The notes beneath the pieces were generated by a model, which saw nothing but the letters and a program-made list of their open reading frames with translations, had not been told where the DNA came from and made no database searches. The translations under genes and the position numbers were made by a program. This document shows positions 7,470-15,312 of a stretch of 25,667 bases of DNA, piece after piece. Each line of letters opens with the position of its first letter. The stretch's first letter is position 1. The stretch comes from a virus (lineage: Duplodnaviria; Caudoviricetes). The stretch spans positions 1-25,667 of the IMG/VR virus record IMGVR_UViG_3300020045_009155; one strand, written 5' to 3'.

Positions 7470-7555
7470 ATTTTCGTAACCAAAATTGCCGCCAAAAAAA
7501 GCATGATGCAAACGGCGGTCACGTTGTACGAGTGTTCAATTCGTGTGCGATTCAT
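7460..7555 (-). CDS. 31-aa single-TM peptide (not in the ORF track)
   Basis: MNRTRIEHSYNVTAVCIMLFLAAILVTKILE*, with an ATGA overlap to the upstream gene. Confidence 0.55.
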   Translation of the reverse strand: MNRTRIEHSYNVTAVCIMLFLAAILVTKILE

Positions 7556-8046
7556 TGTTCCGGGTATTTATCAGCTTGTTCTTTTGCAAGGCTCACAATT
7601 CTAACAGCATATTCTATTGACTGTTGAACGGTTCGATCAATGCGTGAGTTTAAAATATCCACGGCGTAACACTCCAAACGAAGCTGGTAATCCGACGGGT
7701 AAGACTTGCTTAAATATTCTGGCGTCACCTTTTTTGCCTTCGTTCCGGCGTCGAACCCGCGCTGCCAAGCGTCACGCGCTGGCCAGTGTTCGTTTGGCTC
7801 AATAATTTTGCCGTCAATAATAGCCTTGTCCGAGCCAGTCGCAAAATCAACTCCAATTTCGACAAGTTGAAGTGTTTTCCCTTCCTGCTTCGCCTCAAAA
7901 AGGGCTTTCAAGAGTTCGGCGGCTTCACGCGCTTCGGATTCGGTTTTGCAGATTTCATCTTCTCCGTGATATATACGCGCCTCAACTTCACTGCCACATA
8001 TCATGGAAATAAAATTGTATGCCCCTGGAATAATATCAATGTTCAT
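7552..8046 (-). CDS. Hypothetical protein (start reassigned to MNIDII)
   Basis: A-rich leader before the ATG at 8046. Confidence 0.7.
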   Translation of the reverse strand: MNIDIIPGAYNFISMICGSEVEARIYHGEDEICKTESEAREAAELLKALFEAKQEGKTLQLVEIGVDFATGSDKAIIDGKIIEPNEHWPARDAWQRGFDAGTKAKKVTPEYLSKSYPSDYQLRLECYAVDILNSRIDRTVQQSIEYAVRIVSLAKEQADKYPEQ

Positions 8047-8068
8047 TTTGTTTGAATTTAAGGTTTTC

Positions 8069-8098
8069 AAAAAACCGGCCACTTTTCAGCAGCCGGGG
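8069..8098 (-). terminator. Intrinsic terminator-like hairpin
   Basis: CCGGCTGC-TGAAAA-GTGGCCGG followed by T6 on the minus strand. Confidence 0.55.
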
Positions 8099-8148
8099 CA
8101 ATAAACATCCCTTGAATACTAATCTCATGATTGCTGTGTCGTCGGTCG

Positions 8149-8613
8149 TTACCGGCGGCTCATTATGGTGCCGTACTCCTGACGGCTAAGAAATTCGCAA
8201 TTCCAAGGCGGCCCGGAAAATTCGGCCTGTATTTCCTGTTCAAACTTAGCGATAAAATCCCGGTCTGTCAAGCTCGTTGTCGATGACGGGACGGTAAAAA
8301 CTCCAAACGGCGAACGAATGATAACAGGATTGTACTTCATTTTCAATGCGTCGTGTATTTCGGAAGTTTCCCGTACGGGCCTAAATTCGTCACCGTCTAA
8401 GACCTGAAATTTATCACCGCAGGTAAGTAAGATGACCTGTAACAGGTGGCCGAAATAGTATTTGTATCGCGTTGATCTGTAATTATCGGCTTTCGATTCA
8501 AGTACCATTTTGTAAACCCCATCAGGAAGGCAGGCAAATTGTTTGCCCAATTGTTCGCGGGCTTTGTCGGTCAGCCTGCCTTCCTTTCGTTCGATTTCGA
8601 GTTGGTAGGTCAA
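8149..8613 (-). CDS. NinB-like recombination accessory protein
   Basis: RS..YKYYFG, EIHDALK and STTSLT..DF pattern. Sits next to the SSB-like gene. Confidence 0.5.
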   Translation of the reverse strand: MTYQLEIERKEGRLTDKAREQLGKQFACLPDGVYKMVLESKADNYRSTRYKYYFGHLLQVILLTCGDKFQVLDGDEFRPVRETSEIHDALKMKYNPVIIRSPFGVFTVPSSTTSLTDRDFIAKFEQEIQAEFSGPPWNCEFLSRQEYGTIMSRR

Positions 8614-9311
8614 AACGGTAAATCGTCTGTTGGTTCCGCTGTCGGGTTCACGAATTGTTCAACCGCTTTCACCGGGTCGAATACAGTAGGCGTAGCGGCG
8701 TCGAAAATATTGAACCGTACCCAGTTATACAGGTATTCAGATACCGGTGTCCAATCCCACAAGGTTTCTCCCTTAAAAAGGGTCTGTGTGGGTTCAGGTG
8801 GGCAAAAATCGGTGTCAGGCACACCGCGTTGCTTTTCGAGTTTATTTGCCCCTGAATAGCACGTTACACCGATGCGGGGCTTTCCGCTTTCTTTGTCTGT
8901 GAATGCATAAGGCTGCATCCTGAAACGGTCTGTGATCTTGAAATTTGGGTCTGCCAGCGATGAAAGCAGGCTTTGTGCGTATCGGGAGTCAAAATGCCCG
9001 ACCTCGATACGGTACAGGTCAATTCCGTCTTTCAGGTCGCACATGAGAATTGTTTCCTGTATGCCGGAAATTTCGCGGGTCGTTTTGTAGACGTCGACCA
9101 AAAAGCCGTCGATGGCTGCGAAAACTTCAAACGTCCAGGATTTTCCGTCCTCCTTTGTCCGGGTATCGAACCGGCGGCGGGTGTCTGTGGTTTCGGGCTT
9201 TTCTTTCAGAAGTTCCAGGATTGCGACTTCGCCCGTTTTGTTTGCTCCGATTCGTCCGATACGGAAACGGCGTGAGCCGTCGTCAGACATTGAGCCATGA
9301 TGTAAGGCCAT
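8610..9311 (-). CDS. Putative single-stranded DNA-binding protein
   Basis: Beta-rich body and acidic C-terminal DDLPF tail. Confidence 0.55.
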   Translation of the reverse strand: MALHHGSMSDDGSRRFRIGRIGANKTGEVAILELLKEKPETTDTRRRFDTRTKEDGKSWTFEVFAAIDGFLVDVYKTTREISGIQETILMCDLKDGIDLYRIEVGHFDSRYAQSLLSSLADPNFKITDRFRMQPYAFTDKESGKPRIGVTCYSGANKLEKQRGVPDTDFCPPEPTQTLFKGETLWDWTPVSEYLYNWVRFNIFDAATPTVFDPVKAVEQFVNPTAEPTDDLPF

Positions 9312-9321
9312 GATTTAAAAG

Positions 9322-9555
9322 TTATTGATTTAAGAATTCGGGTTCTGATTTTTCAAGTGCATGTAAGATGATTGAAAAATCCAATGTATCTATTTCGTGT
9401 ACTCTAATCGGCTCAAAATGATCTTTTTCGTAAGTTCTTGCAAATACCCAATGTTGTGTTTTTTCGCCGTTGGTTTCGCTGTATGCGCTGTATTCGACAA
9501 AGGTGCCGTCGTTTCGTGTGATTTTCAATTGTGCTGACTTGCTGTGAGGTAGCAT
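9322..9555 (-). CDS. Hypothetical early protein
   Basis: Tightly packed in the operon. Confidence 0.65.
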   Translation of the reverse strand: MLPHSKSAQLKITRNDGTFVEYSAYSETNGEKTQHWVFARTYEKDHFEPIRVHEIDTLDFSIILHALEKSEPEFLNQ

Positions 9556-9561
9556 GGTCGG

Positions 9562-9933
9562 TTAGTCGTTTTCGTGAACGCTTACGCCTTCGGTTTCCAA
9601 AAGTTCGAGCATTTGCGCCTGTGCCACATGGTCGAAGTCAAAAACATGTTTTTCGTAATATCCACCACTTAGATAAACCCTAACAGGTCGGCTGTTGTCT
9701 ATTTCCGTCCACGATTCCGGAGGGGTGCTGTTTTCGGGCGGGCCGTATCGGTTGCCGTCATCGTAGTATCCGAAACCGCGCACTTTGATTTCGTACTCTT
9801 TTCCGAGCGCGTCGGTTATGGTTCCGACCGCGAAAATTTCAGTTTTGGGCATGGTTTTAAATTTTTTAATTTCAGGAAGTTCGATAAAGTCGAATGGTAG
9901 TTTATATTCTTTGATCTCAAAATCTTGTTTCAT
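9562..9933 (-). CDS. Hypothetical early protein
   Basis: Tightly packed ORF with A-rich leader. Confidence 0.7.
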   Translation of the reverse strand: MKQDFEIKEYKLPFDFIELPEIKKFKTMPKTEIFAVGTITDALGKEYEIKVRGFGYYDDGNRYGPPENSTPPESWTEIDNSRPVRVYLSGGYYEKHVFDFDHVAQAQMLELLETEGVSVHEND

Positions 9934-9936
9934 TTT

Positions 9937-10203
9937 TTAGTTATTTTGGATGCTATATTCAAAAATGTTTCCTGATGGCGTGACGTGGTATATCGTATGC
10001 GTTGCGTCGCTGCATCCGTTTTTCTTTGCCCATGCCGCCATTTTAGCAACCGATGTATTTGCAGGAGCGGATGCAAGCATTGTTTCGTTAAAACAAAGTC
10101 TGCTTTTCATGCCAACTGCGGCAACGCAAAGGAAAGCGCCTTTTTGAAAAGCCTTCATCATTGACTGTGGATTGTTGCAGAGAATTTCGGTTGCCGTTGT
10201 CAT
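9937..10203 (-). CDS. Hypothetical first gene of the leftward operon (start reassigned to MTTATE)
   Basis: The ATG at 10203 lies downstream of the promoter, whereas the track's start falls inside the promoter. Confidence 0.65.
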   Translation of the reverse strand: MTTATEILCNNPQSMMKAFQKGAFLCVAAVGMKSRLCFNETMLASAPANTSVAKMAAWAKKNGCSDATHTIYHVTPSGNIFEYSIQNN

Positions 10204-10239
10204 TGCTTTAAGTTTTGTGCTTTCGCGTTTTTGATGATG

Positions 10240-10272
10240 TAAAGATACGTTAGTATGTACATACAATGCAAG
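10240..10272 (-). promoter_or_regulatory. Leftward promoter with palindromic operator candidate
   Basis: TTGCA...TATCTTTA on the minus strand, with a perfect 12-bp palindrome GTATGTACATAC (10253-10264) in the spacer. Confidence 0.6.
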
Positions 10273-10313
10273 TATTTAAGCAATTATTTTTTAACTTTTT
10301 TCATCCTAAAGCC

Positions 10314-10321
10314 TAACTTTG
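10314..10321 (+). promoter_or_regulatory. -7 promoter element upstream of the peptidase
   Basis: TAACTTTG matches TAnnTTTG. Confidence 0.5.
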
Positions 10322-10358
10322 TATCTATCAACCACTTACAACGAAAAATATTTTAGCC

Positions 10359-10739
10359 ATGCCGAACGCCGAATTAAAAAACTTTGCCCCGCATGAATTT
10401 ATGTGCGCCGGCAAACTTGTTTTCGATAATATGGATGCCGACTTTTTGGCCCTGCTCGATCAATGCCGGACGGATGCCGGTACGCCTATGGTTATCACTT
10501 CCAGCTACCGGACACCTGAACACAACAGGAAGGTTGGCGGCGCAAAGTCGTCGATGCATCTACAAGGCCGCGCGGTTGATGTGAGGTCAACAGGCGGCGA
10601 ACATCGGGCGGCTATCATTAAGGCGGCACTGAATCTCGGTCTTTCCGTCGGGGTAATGGAAAACGCCATACACCTGGATAACCGGGAAACGCAAACGGTT
10701 TTTCATTACTACGCGAAGTACCGACGGAATCCGGCATAG
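10359..10739 (+). CDS. Peptidase M15A-family zinc peptidase, probable endolysin
   Basis: NF...EF.C, ITSSYR..EHN..VGGAKSSMHLQGRAVD, IHLD. Confidence 0.88.
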   Translation: MPNAELKNFAPHEFMCAGKLVFDNMDADFLALLDQCRTDAGTPMVITSSYRTPEHNRKVGGAKSSMHLQGRAVDVRSTGGEHRAAIIKAALNLGLSVGVMENAIHLDNRETQTVFHYYAKYRRNPA

Positions 10740-10786
10740 ATTTTGCAATATATTGCACCCGTCGGCACTATGCCGGAAAGCGAGTT

Positions 10787-10830
10787 AACAGCCCGGTCTG
10801 ATAATGTTCGGGTCGGGTTGTTGATTTTTT
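10787..10830 (+). terminator. Intrinsic terminator after the peptidase
   Basis: AACAGCCCGGTCTGA / TCGGGTCGGGTTGTT stem followed by a T run. Confidence 0.6.
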
Positions 10831-10843
10831 GACCACATACCTA

Positions 10844-10937
10844 TATCTTTGTTTTGTCATTGTAGTACAATTATCGGTTTTTCATTTGGTTTTTTTGGGG
10901 TTTAGCCCGGTTTGGTGTAGCCAGATCGGGTTTTTTT
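10844..10937 (+). ncRNA. Candidate ~80-nt sRNA with its own promoter and terminator
   Basis: TATCTTTG at 10844, a U-rich body with no ORF, then hairpin CCCGGTTTGG/CCAGATCGGG plus T7. Confidence 0.5.
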
Positions 10938-10967
10938 ATTTGATAGAAAAATAAATATGAAAATATG

Positions 10968-11000
10968 TTTGCATAGTAAATAGTTATTCACATACCTTTA
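10968..11000 (+). promoter_or_regulatory. Rightward promoter, probably giving a leaderless transcript
   Basis: TTTG-21 nt-TACCTTTA, with the ATG 4 nt downstream. Confidence 0.6.
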
Positions 11001-11004
11001 CCAC

Positions 11005-11169
11005 ATGAAAAAAGAACAACCAAAAGAAGCGCCGCGAAATCGAGGCGGACGAAAGACAGACAGGCCGGTCGATCGTAACAGGGTTTTTTACCTGTATGTA
11101 GACCACCCCAACCTAACACCTTTGGAAGTTAGACAAGCCGTTGATGAGTACCTTAAAAAACGCCAATAA
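11005..11169 (+). CDS. 54-aa putative DNA-binding regulator, ribbon-helix-helix-like (not in the ORF track)
   Basis: MKKEQPKEAPRNRGGRKTDRPVDRNRVFYLYVDHPNLTPLEVRQAVDEYLKKRQ*, TAATG-coupled to the next gene. Confidence 0.65.
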   Translation: MKKEQPKEAPRNRGGRKTDRPVDRNRVFYLYVDHPNLTPLEVRQAVDEYLKKRQ

Positions 11170-11870
11170 TGAGCAACCAGCAATTGTACAACACTCACCG
11201 CGCAAACGGTGTACCGCATGACGAAGCCGCCGCCGCTTTGGGGGTTTCAAATGACCAAGCCCGAATGTTGAAGTCCAGATACAATAAGGCGAACAATCCA
11301 GGAATTTCAACGCCCCGCAAAGCAAAAGCAGTGTTGGAAGATTGGAGAAAAGCAAATCCTGCTTTGATTGATGAATACCATTTGCACGTTGAGCCGAAAC
11401 ATGAACGCCCGGCAGTTGTTCGAAAATCCCGAACACCTGAAACGTCGGCAACTAACAGAAATTACCGGAGTGTTGCGCTCGTTGCCTTATTGATCGCGCC
11501 CACTGCTGCCAGCGTTCAAAACGCCTACCATGTAAGCGGGCAAATAATGGGGGACGTGTTCGGAGCTGTTTGCATGACCGTCGTTTTATCCCTGACCGCT
11601 TTAGGACTGGTCTTTTCCGGCGCTCGTTCCTGGGTAACGCTTTCGCTTGCTGTTCTGCTTATTGGCTTTGAATCATTCTGCAACCTGACGCGGATTTACA
11701 GCGGGCTAATGATCGGCGGAAAGTTTGGAACGTCGGAGTTTTTGGGCCGCGTTTGCGACATTTTCAACAGCGGATCGCATTACACAGCGGTTTGTTTGGG
11801 GGGATTAACGGCGCTGCTTTTGGCGGCGGTACAATATGTAACCATTTTTGAACTCAATAAAAAATCTTAA
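11169..11870 (+). CDS. Membrane protein with N-terminal HTH-like segment and about 4 TM helices
   Basis: GVPHDEAAAALGVS..., then hydrophobic segments from about residue 100. Confidence 0.75.
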   Translation: MSNQQLYNTHRANGVPHDEAAAALGVSNDQARMLKSRYNKANNPGISTPRKAKAVLEDWRKANPALIDEYHLHVEPKHERPAVVRKSRTPETSATNRNYRSVALVALLIAPTAASVQNAYHVSGQIMGDVFGAVCMTVVLSLTALGLVFSGARSWVTLSLAVLLIGFESFCNLTRIYSGLMIGGKFGTSEFLGRVCDIFNSGSHYTAVCLGGLTALLLAAVQYVTIFELNKKS

Positions 11871-11871
11871 A

Positions 11872-12123
11872 ATGATACCTTCGATAAAGCACCCATTTTT
11901 CGGCAAACAATGCCCGAACCCACACAATGACGCCAATGCCGCCAAAATGAAAAGGCGTGGCGCAAAATGGACCCACATTTCCAAAGAACCAATTTGGAAG
12001 TACGACGAAGTTGGCCGCGAAGCCTTTTCGCACTTTGCGGGCAACGGCACTTACTACCGGCCCGATCCGAAGCCGCTGAACAAAAAAGAACGGCGCAAAC
12101 TTGCAAAACAAAACACGCAATGA
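11872..12123 (+). CDS. Basic hypothetical protein
   Basis: ATG 1 nt after the previous stop, ATGA overlap downstream. Confidence 0.6.
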   Translation: MIPSIKHPFFGKQCPNPHNDANAAKMKRRGAKWTHISKEPIWKYDEVGREAFSHFAGNGTYYRPDPKPLNKKERRKLAKQNTQ

Positions 12124-12431
12124 ACGACCTGCAAAAATACACCACGCCGTATCAGTTCCCGACCTCGTTACCTAAACGCGACGGCCTGACATGCTACGAA
12201 AAACAGCAACGCGAAATCGAATTTGAGAAACACCCCGCGTTTCAGCTTCGCCGTATCGTTACAATCGTCGTTGTTTCGTTCGCTGTTGCATTATTCATTG
12301 CTGACGTGTTACGCGACGGCTTCAACCGTAACGCGGCGTGTGCTGCGCTGTGTGGCGTTACGGCGGCTTATTTGGTACGGCGTTTCGTTGCAAGTCAAAA
12401 TGGAACATCACAAAATTATCCGAAGCCATGA
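12120..12431 (+). CDS. 2-TM hypothetical protein (start MNDLQKY)
   Basis: ATGA coupling and two hydrophobic segments. Confidence 0.65.
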   Translation: MNDLQKYTTPYQFPTSLPKRDGLTCYEKQQREIEFEKHPAFQLRRIVTIVVVSFAVALFIADVLRDGFNRNAACAALCGVTAAYLVRRFVASQNGTSQNYPKP

Positions 12432-12634
12432 GAAAAAATACCAGTCCATTTTTAGCTGTGGCTATTGCTATGGCGTCAGCAGCACAGTCTATAAACGAAT
12501 TTGGGTCGGCAGTAGGCAGCGTTTCGCGAACGCGCGATCTATACCCAAGCACTCCATTATCCAAAAAACAGCGTAAAGCCCGCGCGGCGTCCAAACGAGC
12601 AAGAAAGGCCCGTCAAAAACAGGCAGCCAAATGA
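12428..12634 (+). CDS. Small protein with highly basic C-terminus (start MRKNTSP)
   Basis: ATGA coupling at both ends; KKQRKARAASKRARKARQK. Confidence 0.6.
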   Translation: MRKNTSPFLAVAIAMASAAQSINEFGSAVGSVSRTRDLYPSTPLSKKQRKARAASKRARKARQKQAAK

Positions 12635-13092
12635 TACCCGACTTCCTTACCGACCTATTCCGCGCCCTGCACGAACTATTCAGCCCGCGCCTGCTCACAC
12701 CCGACGAATGCCGCCTGAATATACCAGCATGGAAAACAAAGCAGGTTGAACCGCGAACGATTCCTGAAGTCGGAAGCAACGCAAAGCGGGTGCCGGGGGA
12801 TGCCCGTGTATTTGTTTGGGGTGACTTGTCAACGATTCAGGATGCCGGAACGCTGACCGCTTTAGAATGGGGTTACGTGGTCGACGCATACCCGTCGGCA
12901 ACGCCACAACTGGCAGGCATTGTAAAACGTGGAATACAGGAAGGTCTGACACATGCGGAAATAGCACATGAAGCCGGGCAGCGCCTCGATAAGCGGGTGA
13001 GCGTTTCCGTCGTTTCCAAGATTGCGGCGCCCCTATCGCGGTCGGTAGGGGGAGAGGTTGCAAATTCTGGGGTAGTGGTAGATGAAAATTGA
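12631..13092 (+). CDS. Hypothetical protein with C-terminal HTH-like segment
   Basis: GLTHAEIAHE...VSVSVVSKI. Confidence 0.65.
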   Translation: MIPDFLTDLFRALHELFSPRLLTPDECRLNIPAWKTKQVEPRTIPEVGSNAKRVPGDARVFVWGDLSTIQDAGTLTALEWGYVVDAYPSATPQLAGIVKRGIQEGLTHAEIAHEAGQRLDKRVSVSVVSKIAAPLSRSVGGEVANSGVVVDEN

Positions 13093-13149
13093 TTGTCAAT
13101 AAGTTAGGCTTTCAGAAAATGAAAGAGTGGCTTTCAAAAACCTTTCAAA

Positions 13150-13380
13150 ATGACATACATAAAAATTAAACCCCTTATTTGGGAAGGCGACAAATGGAGG
13201 CAAAGGGCGGCGCTTCTTGATTTTGCGCATTACGTCGTTTACGAAAGCGGCCAATACGGAATATCAACAAAGAGTTATGAATCAGCCATTGGGTTATCAG
13301 ATTGTCACACAATGGACGGCGCTAAGACTTGTGTTGAAAATCATCACCGCGAATACGTGCTAAATCTTTTAGAGCCATGA
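13150..13380 (+). CDS. Hypothetical phage protein
   Basis: IKPLIW...AK..VE.HH pattern, ATGA overlap. Confidence 0.65.
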   Translation: MTYIKIKPLIWEGDKWRQRAALLDFAHYVVYESGQYGISTKSYESAIGLSDCHTMDGAKTCVENHHREYVLNLLEP

Positions 13381-13811
13381 CAACCTTCCTAATCATCACA
13401 TTCATCGCCGCCGTCATTTTTTGGCGCTACTTCAACCTCAAAGCCGACGAAGCCAACATTCGCACAGCATGGTACTCTCGCTTTGTCGGCGTCCTTCCTA
13501 TCCTGCCTGAATCGCCGTTCGACAACACCGTTGCGGCCCGTACCGAAATAGCCCGGCAGTTGTTTGCCGAACATGGTAACACAAACGTAGAGGTTGTGCC
13601 GTATTTTTTCGGCCTACCCATCGGCAAAGATGGCACAGCGACTCTAACATTCGACGCATTCCTTCGGATGGCTGCGGTCGACTACCTACAAAGGGTTGAC
13701 ACATTTATTTCGGACAAGGCCAAAAAAGACCAGCGCGCCGCCGCTACCCATATAGCCGGACAGACAGAATTTGTAATTACGGCGGTCAGCAATAAGGACT
13801 TTTTGAAGTAA
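13377..13811 (+). CDS. Hypothetical protein with N-terminal membrane anchor
   Basis: MTTFLIITFIAAVIFWRY N-terminus. Confidence 0.7.
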   Translation: MTTFLIITFIAAVIFWRYFNLKADEANIRTAWYSRFVGVLPILPESPFDNTVAARTEIARQLFAEHGNTNVEVVPYFFGLPIGKDGTATLTFDAFLRMAAVDYLQRVDTFISDKAKKDQRAAATHIAGQTEFVITAVSNKDFLK

Positions 13812-13817
13812 AAGACT

Positions 13818-13952
13818 TATATTTGTAGTGCCGATTAGTCACCGGCATAAGAAACGGATTAATGAAATAGCGCCGTACAAGGCGTGGGTGTTGGTATCCG
13901 TTCCGACTAAGACTGACAATCTACCCCACGTTTTGTACGGCGCTTTCTTTTT
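13818..13952 (+). ncRNA. Promoter plus second CI/c4-like structured leader
   Basis: TATATTTG, then hairpin TGCCG/CGGCA with TTAGTC in its loop, then AACGGAT. A 20-bp stem (13869-13888/13925-13944) has ATCCGTT and GACTAA in its apical loop and is followed by a U-tract. Confidence 0.65.
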
Positions 13953-13957
13953 GGATT

Positions 13958-14431
13958 ATGAAACAAATACAATTAACACGCGGTTATGTTGCATTGGTAG
14001 ATGATGATGATTTCGAAAGGGTAAATGCGCTTAAGTGGTATGCCTTGCCCGCAAAATCAGGCCGCGTATGCGCCCTTAGGATGACATCAAGGACGCACGG
14101 TAAGCAGAAAAAAATCTTTATGCACCGATTTGTAATTAACGCCCCATCTGATTTTTTTGTAGATCACATAAACGGGAACGCTTTGGATAACCGAAAAGAA
14201 AATTTAAGGCTTTGCACGTCAGCCCAAAATTCACTTAATCGAGGCAAAAGCAAAACTAACACATCGGGATTTTGTGGAGTATCTAAGCATGGCAGGGGAT
14301 TTAAGGCCGAGGCGAGGGTAAATGGCAAAAGCACTTACTTCGGGACGCATGACACAGCAGAGGATGCCGCCCGCGCTTACGATACTGCCGTTTTGATACA
14401 CCACGGCGAATTTGCTAAAACCAATTTTTGA
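13958..14431 (+). CDS. HNH endonuclease with AP2 DNA-binding domain
   Basis: MHRFV...VDHINGNALDNRKENLR...QN, NTSGFCGV, YFGTHDTAEDAARAYD...HGEFAKTNF. Confidence 0.93.
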   Translation: MKQIQLTRGYVALVDDDDFERVNALKWYALPAKSGRVCALRMTSRTHGKQKKIFMHRFVINAPSDFFVDHINGNALDNRKENLRLCTSAQNSLNRGKSKTNTSGFCGVSKHGRGFKAEARVNGKSTYFGTHDTAEDAARAYDTAVLIHHGEFAKTNF

Positions 14432-14451
14432 AACCATAAATCTGAAACCGC

Positions 14452-14865
14452 ATGAAACACGCCTTTTTTCTTTTCCTCATCGCCTTTGCGCAACAAGTCG
14501 AACCCGTAACAGCCCAACAAATTTTTGGCTGTACTGTTTCAGTCGAAACACCATTAACCACGCCAAAGACGCACAAACCAACCGCACCTGTTTCGGGCGT
14601 TACGGAAAACATGGGACGCATCGAAGCGACCTACCCACGCGCGGCATTTGCCATCATCTTGCACGACGGCGAAGCGTACGCATACATCGACAGACCGAAA
14701 GACAAGCGGCGCATCAAGGTCGACCGACTTATTATCCTGGAAAACGCATGGAGCGCCGTTTTGCCCGGCGGCGAACATCTTGCCATTTACAAGGACGGGT
14801 CAACCAACTATTGCACAGGTGGCCGGGACTGGTGGTTTCAATCAGATCAAACGTTGGAAAAATGA
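14452..14865 (+). CDS. Putative exported protein
   Basis: Signal-peptide-like MKHAFFLFLIAFA-QQ. Confidence 0.65.
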   Translation: MKHAFFLFLIAFAQQVEPVTAQQIFGCTVSVETPLTTPKTHKPTAPVSGVTENMGRIEATYPRAAFAIILHDGEAYAYIDRPKDKRRIKVDRLIILENAWSAVLPGGEHLAIYKDGSTNYCTGGRDWWFQSDQTLEK

Positions 14866-15005
14866 AAAGCGGAAATTTGTTTATCATCGCAGCTGTTATA
14901 TCTGGAATCGCAGCAATTGTAAATTACAAAAATATTCCTGTTTGTATCAGTATGATTGTGCTTTGCGCTTTCAATATCTGGCAGTACAAAGACTCAAAAG
15001 AGTAA
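14862..15005 (+). CDS. 47-aa 2-TM peptide (start MKSGNLF)
   Basis: ATGA overlap and hydrophobic composition. Confidence 0.6.
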   Translation: MKSGNLFIIAAVISGIAAIVNYKNIPVCISMIVLCAFNIWQYKDSKE

Positions 15006-15076
15006 TAAAGGCGTCATGCCTTCGCCGCCTTGAGAATTGCGAAGGCAAATCAAAACCAATAAATAGCAGGATTTCA

Positions 15077-15110
15077 GAAGTCCGGCCCGTAAGGTGTCCG
15101 GGCTTTTTAT
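15077..15110. terminator. Terminator at the convergence of the rightward and late transcription units
   Basis: AGAAGTCCGG...CCGGGCTTTTT hairpin. Confidence 0.55.
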
Positions 15111-15223
15111 TTCAGCCCGAAATACTCATTCAGGAACCGGACAAATTCACCGACAATGCGCCAAATAAGCCAACAACCGCCGACGATAAGCACGGCGGAA
15201 AGAATAAGCAAAAACACTTTCAT
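15107..15223 (-). CDS. 38-aa single-TM peptide (not in the ORF track)
   Basis: MKVFLLILSAVLIVGGCWLIWRIVGEFVRFLNEYFGLK*, ATGA overlap. Confidence 0.6.
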   Translation of the reverse strand: MKVFLLILSAVLIVGGCWLIWRIVGEFVRFLNEYFGLK

Positions 15224-15312
15224 GGTTTGCGTTTTTGGCGGTCAAAAGGAAAGTTGTTAATTAGCCAGTCGAAACCGCAGGTGATAAGGCCGCAAAGAAT
15301 GATGATAAGCAT
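15220..15312 (-). CDS. 30-aa hydrophobic peptide with basic tail, probably leaderless
   Basis: MLIIILCGLITCGFDWLINNFPFDRQKRKP*, with TAACTTTG (15318-15325) 5 nt before the ATG. Confidence 0.55.
   Translation of the reverse strand: MLIIILCGLITCGFDWLINNFPFDRQKRKP

Noticed and set aside
13869-13944. tRNA gene or group I intron around the HNH gene
   Set aside because: No cloverleaf, T-loop or CCA, and the flanking genes are intact with no split exon evident.
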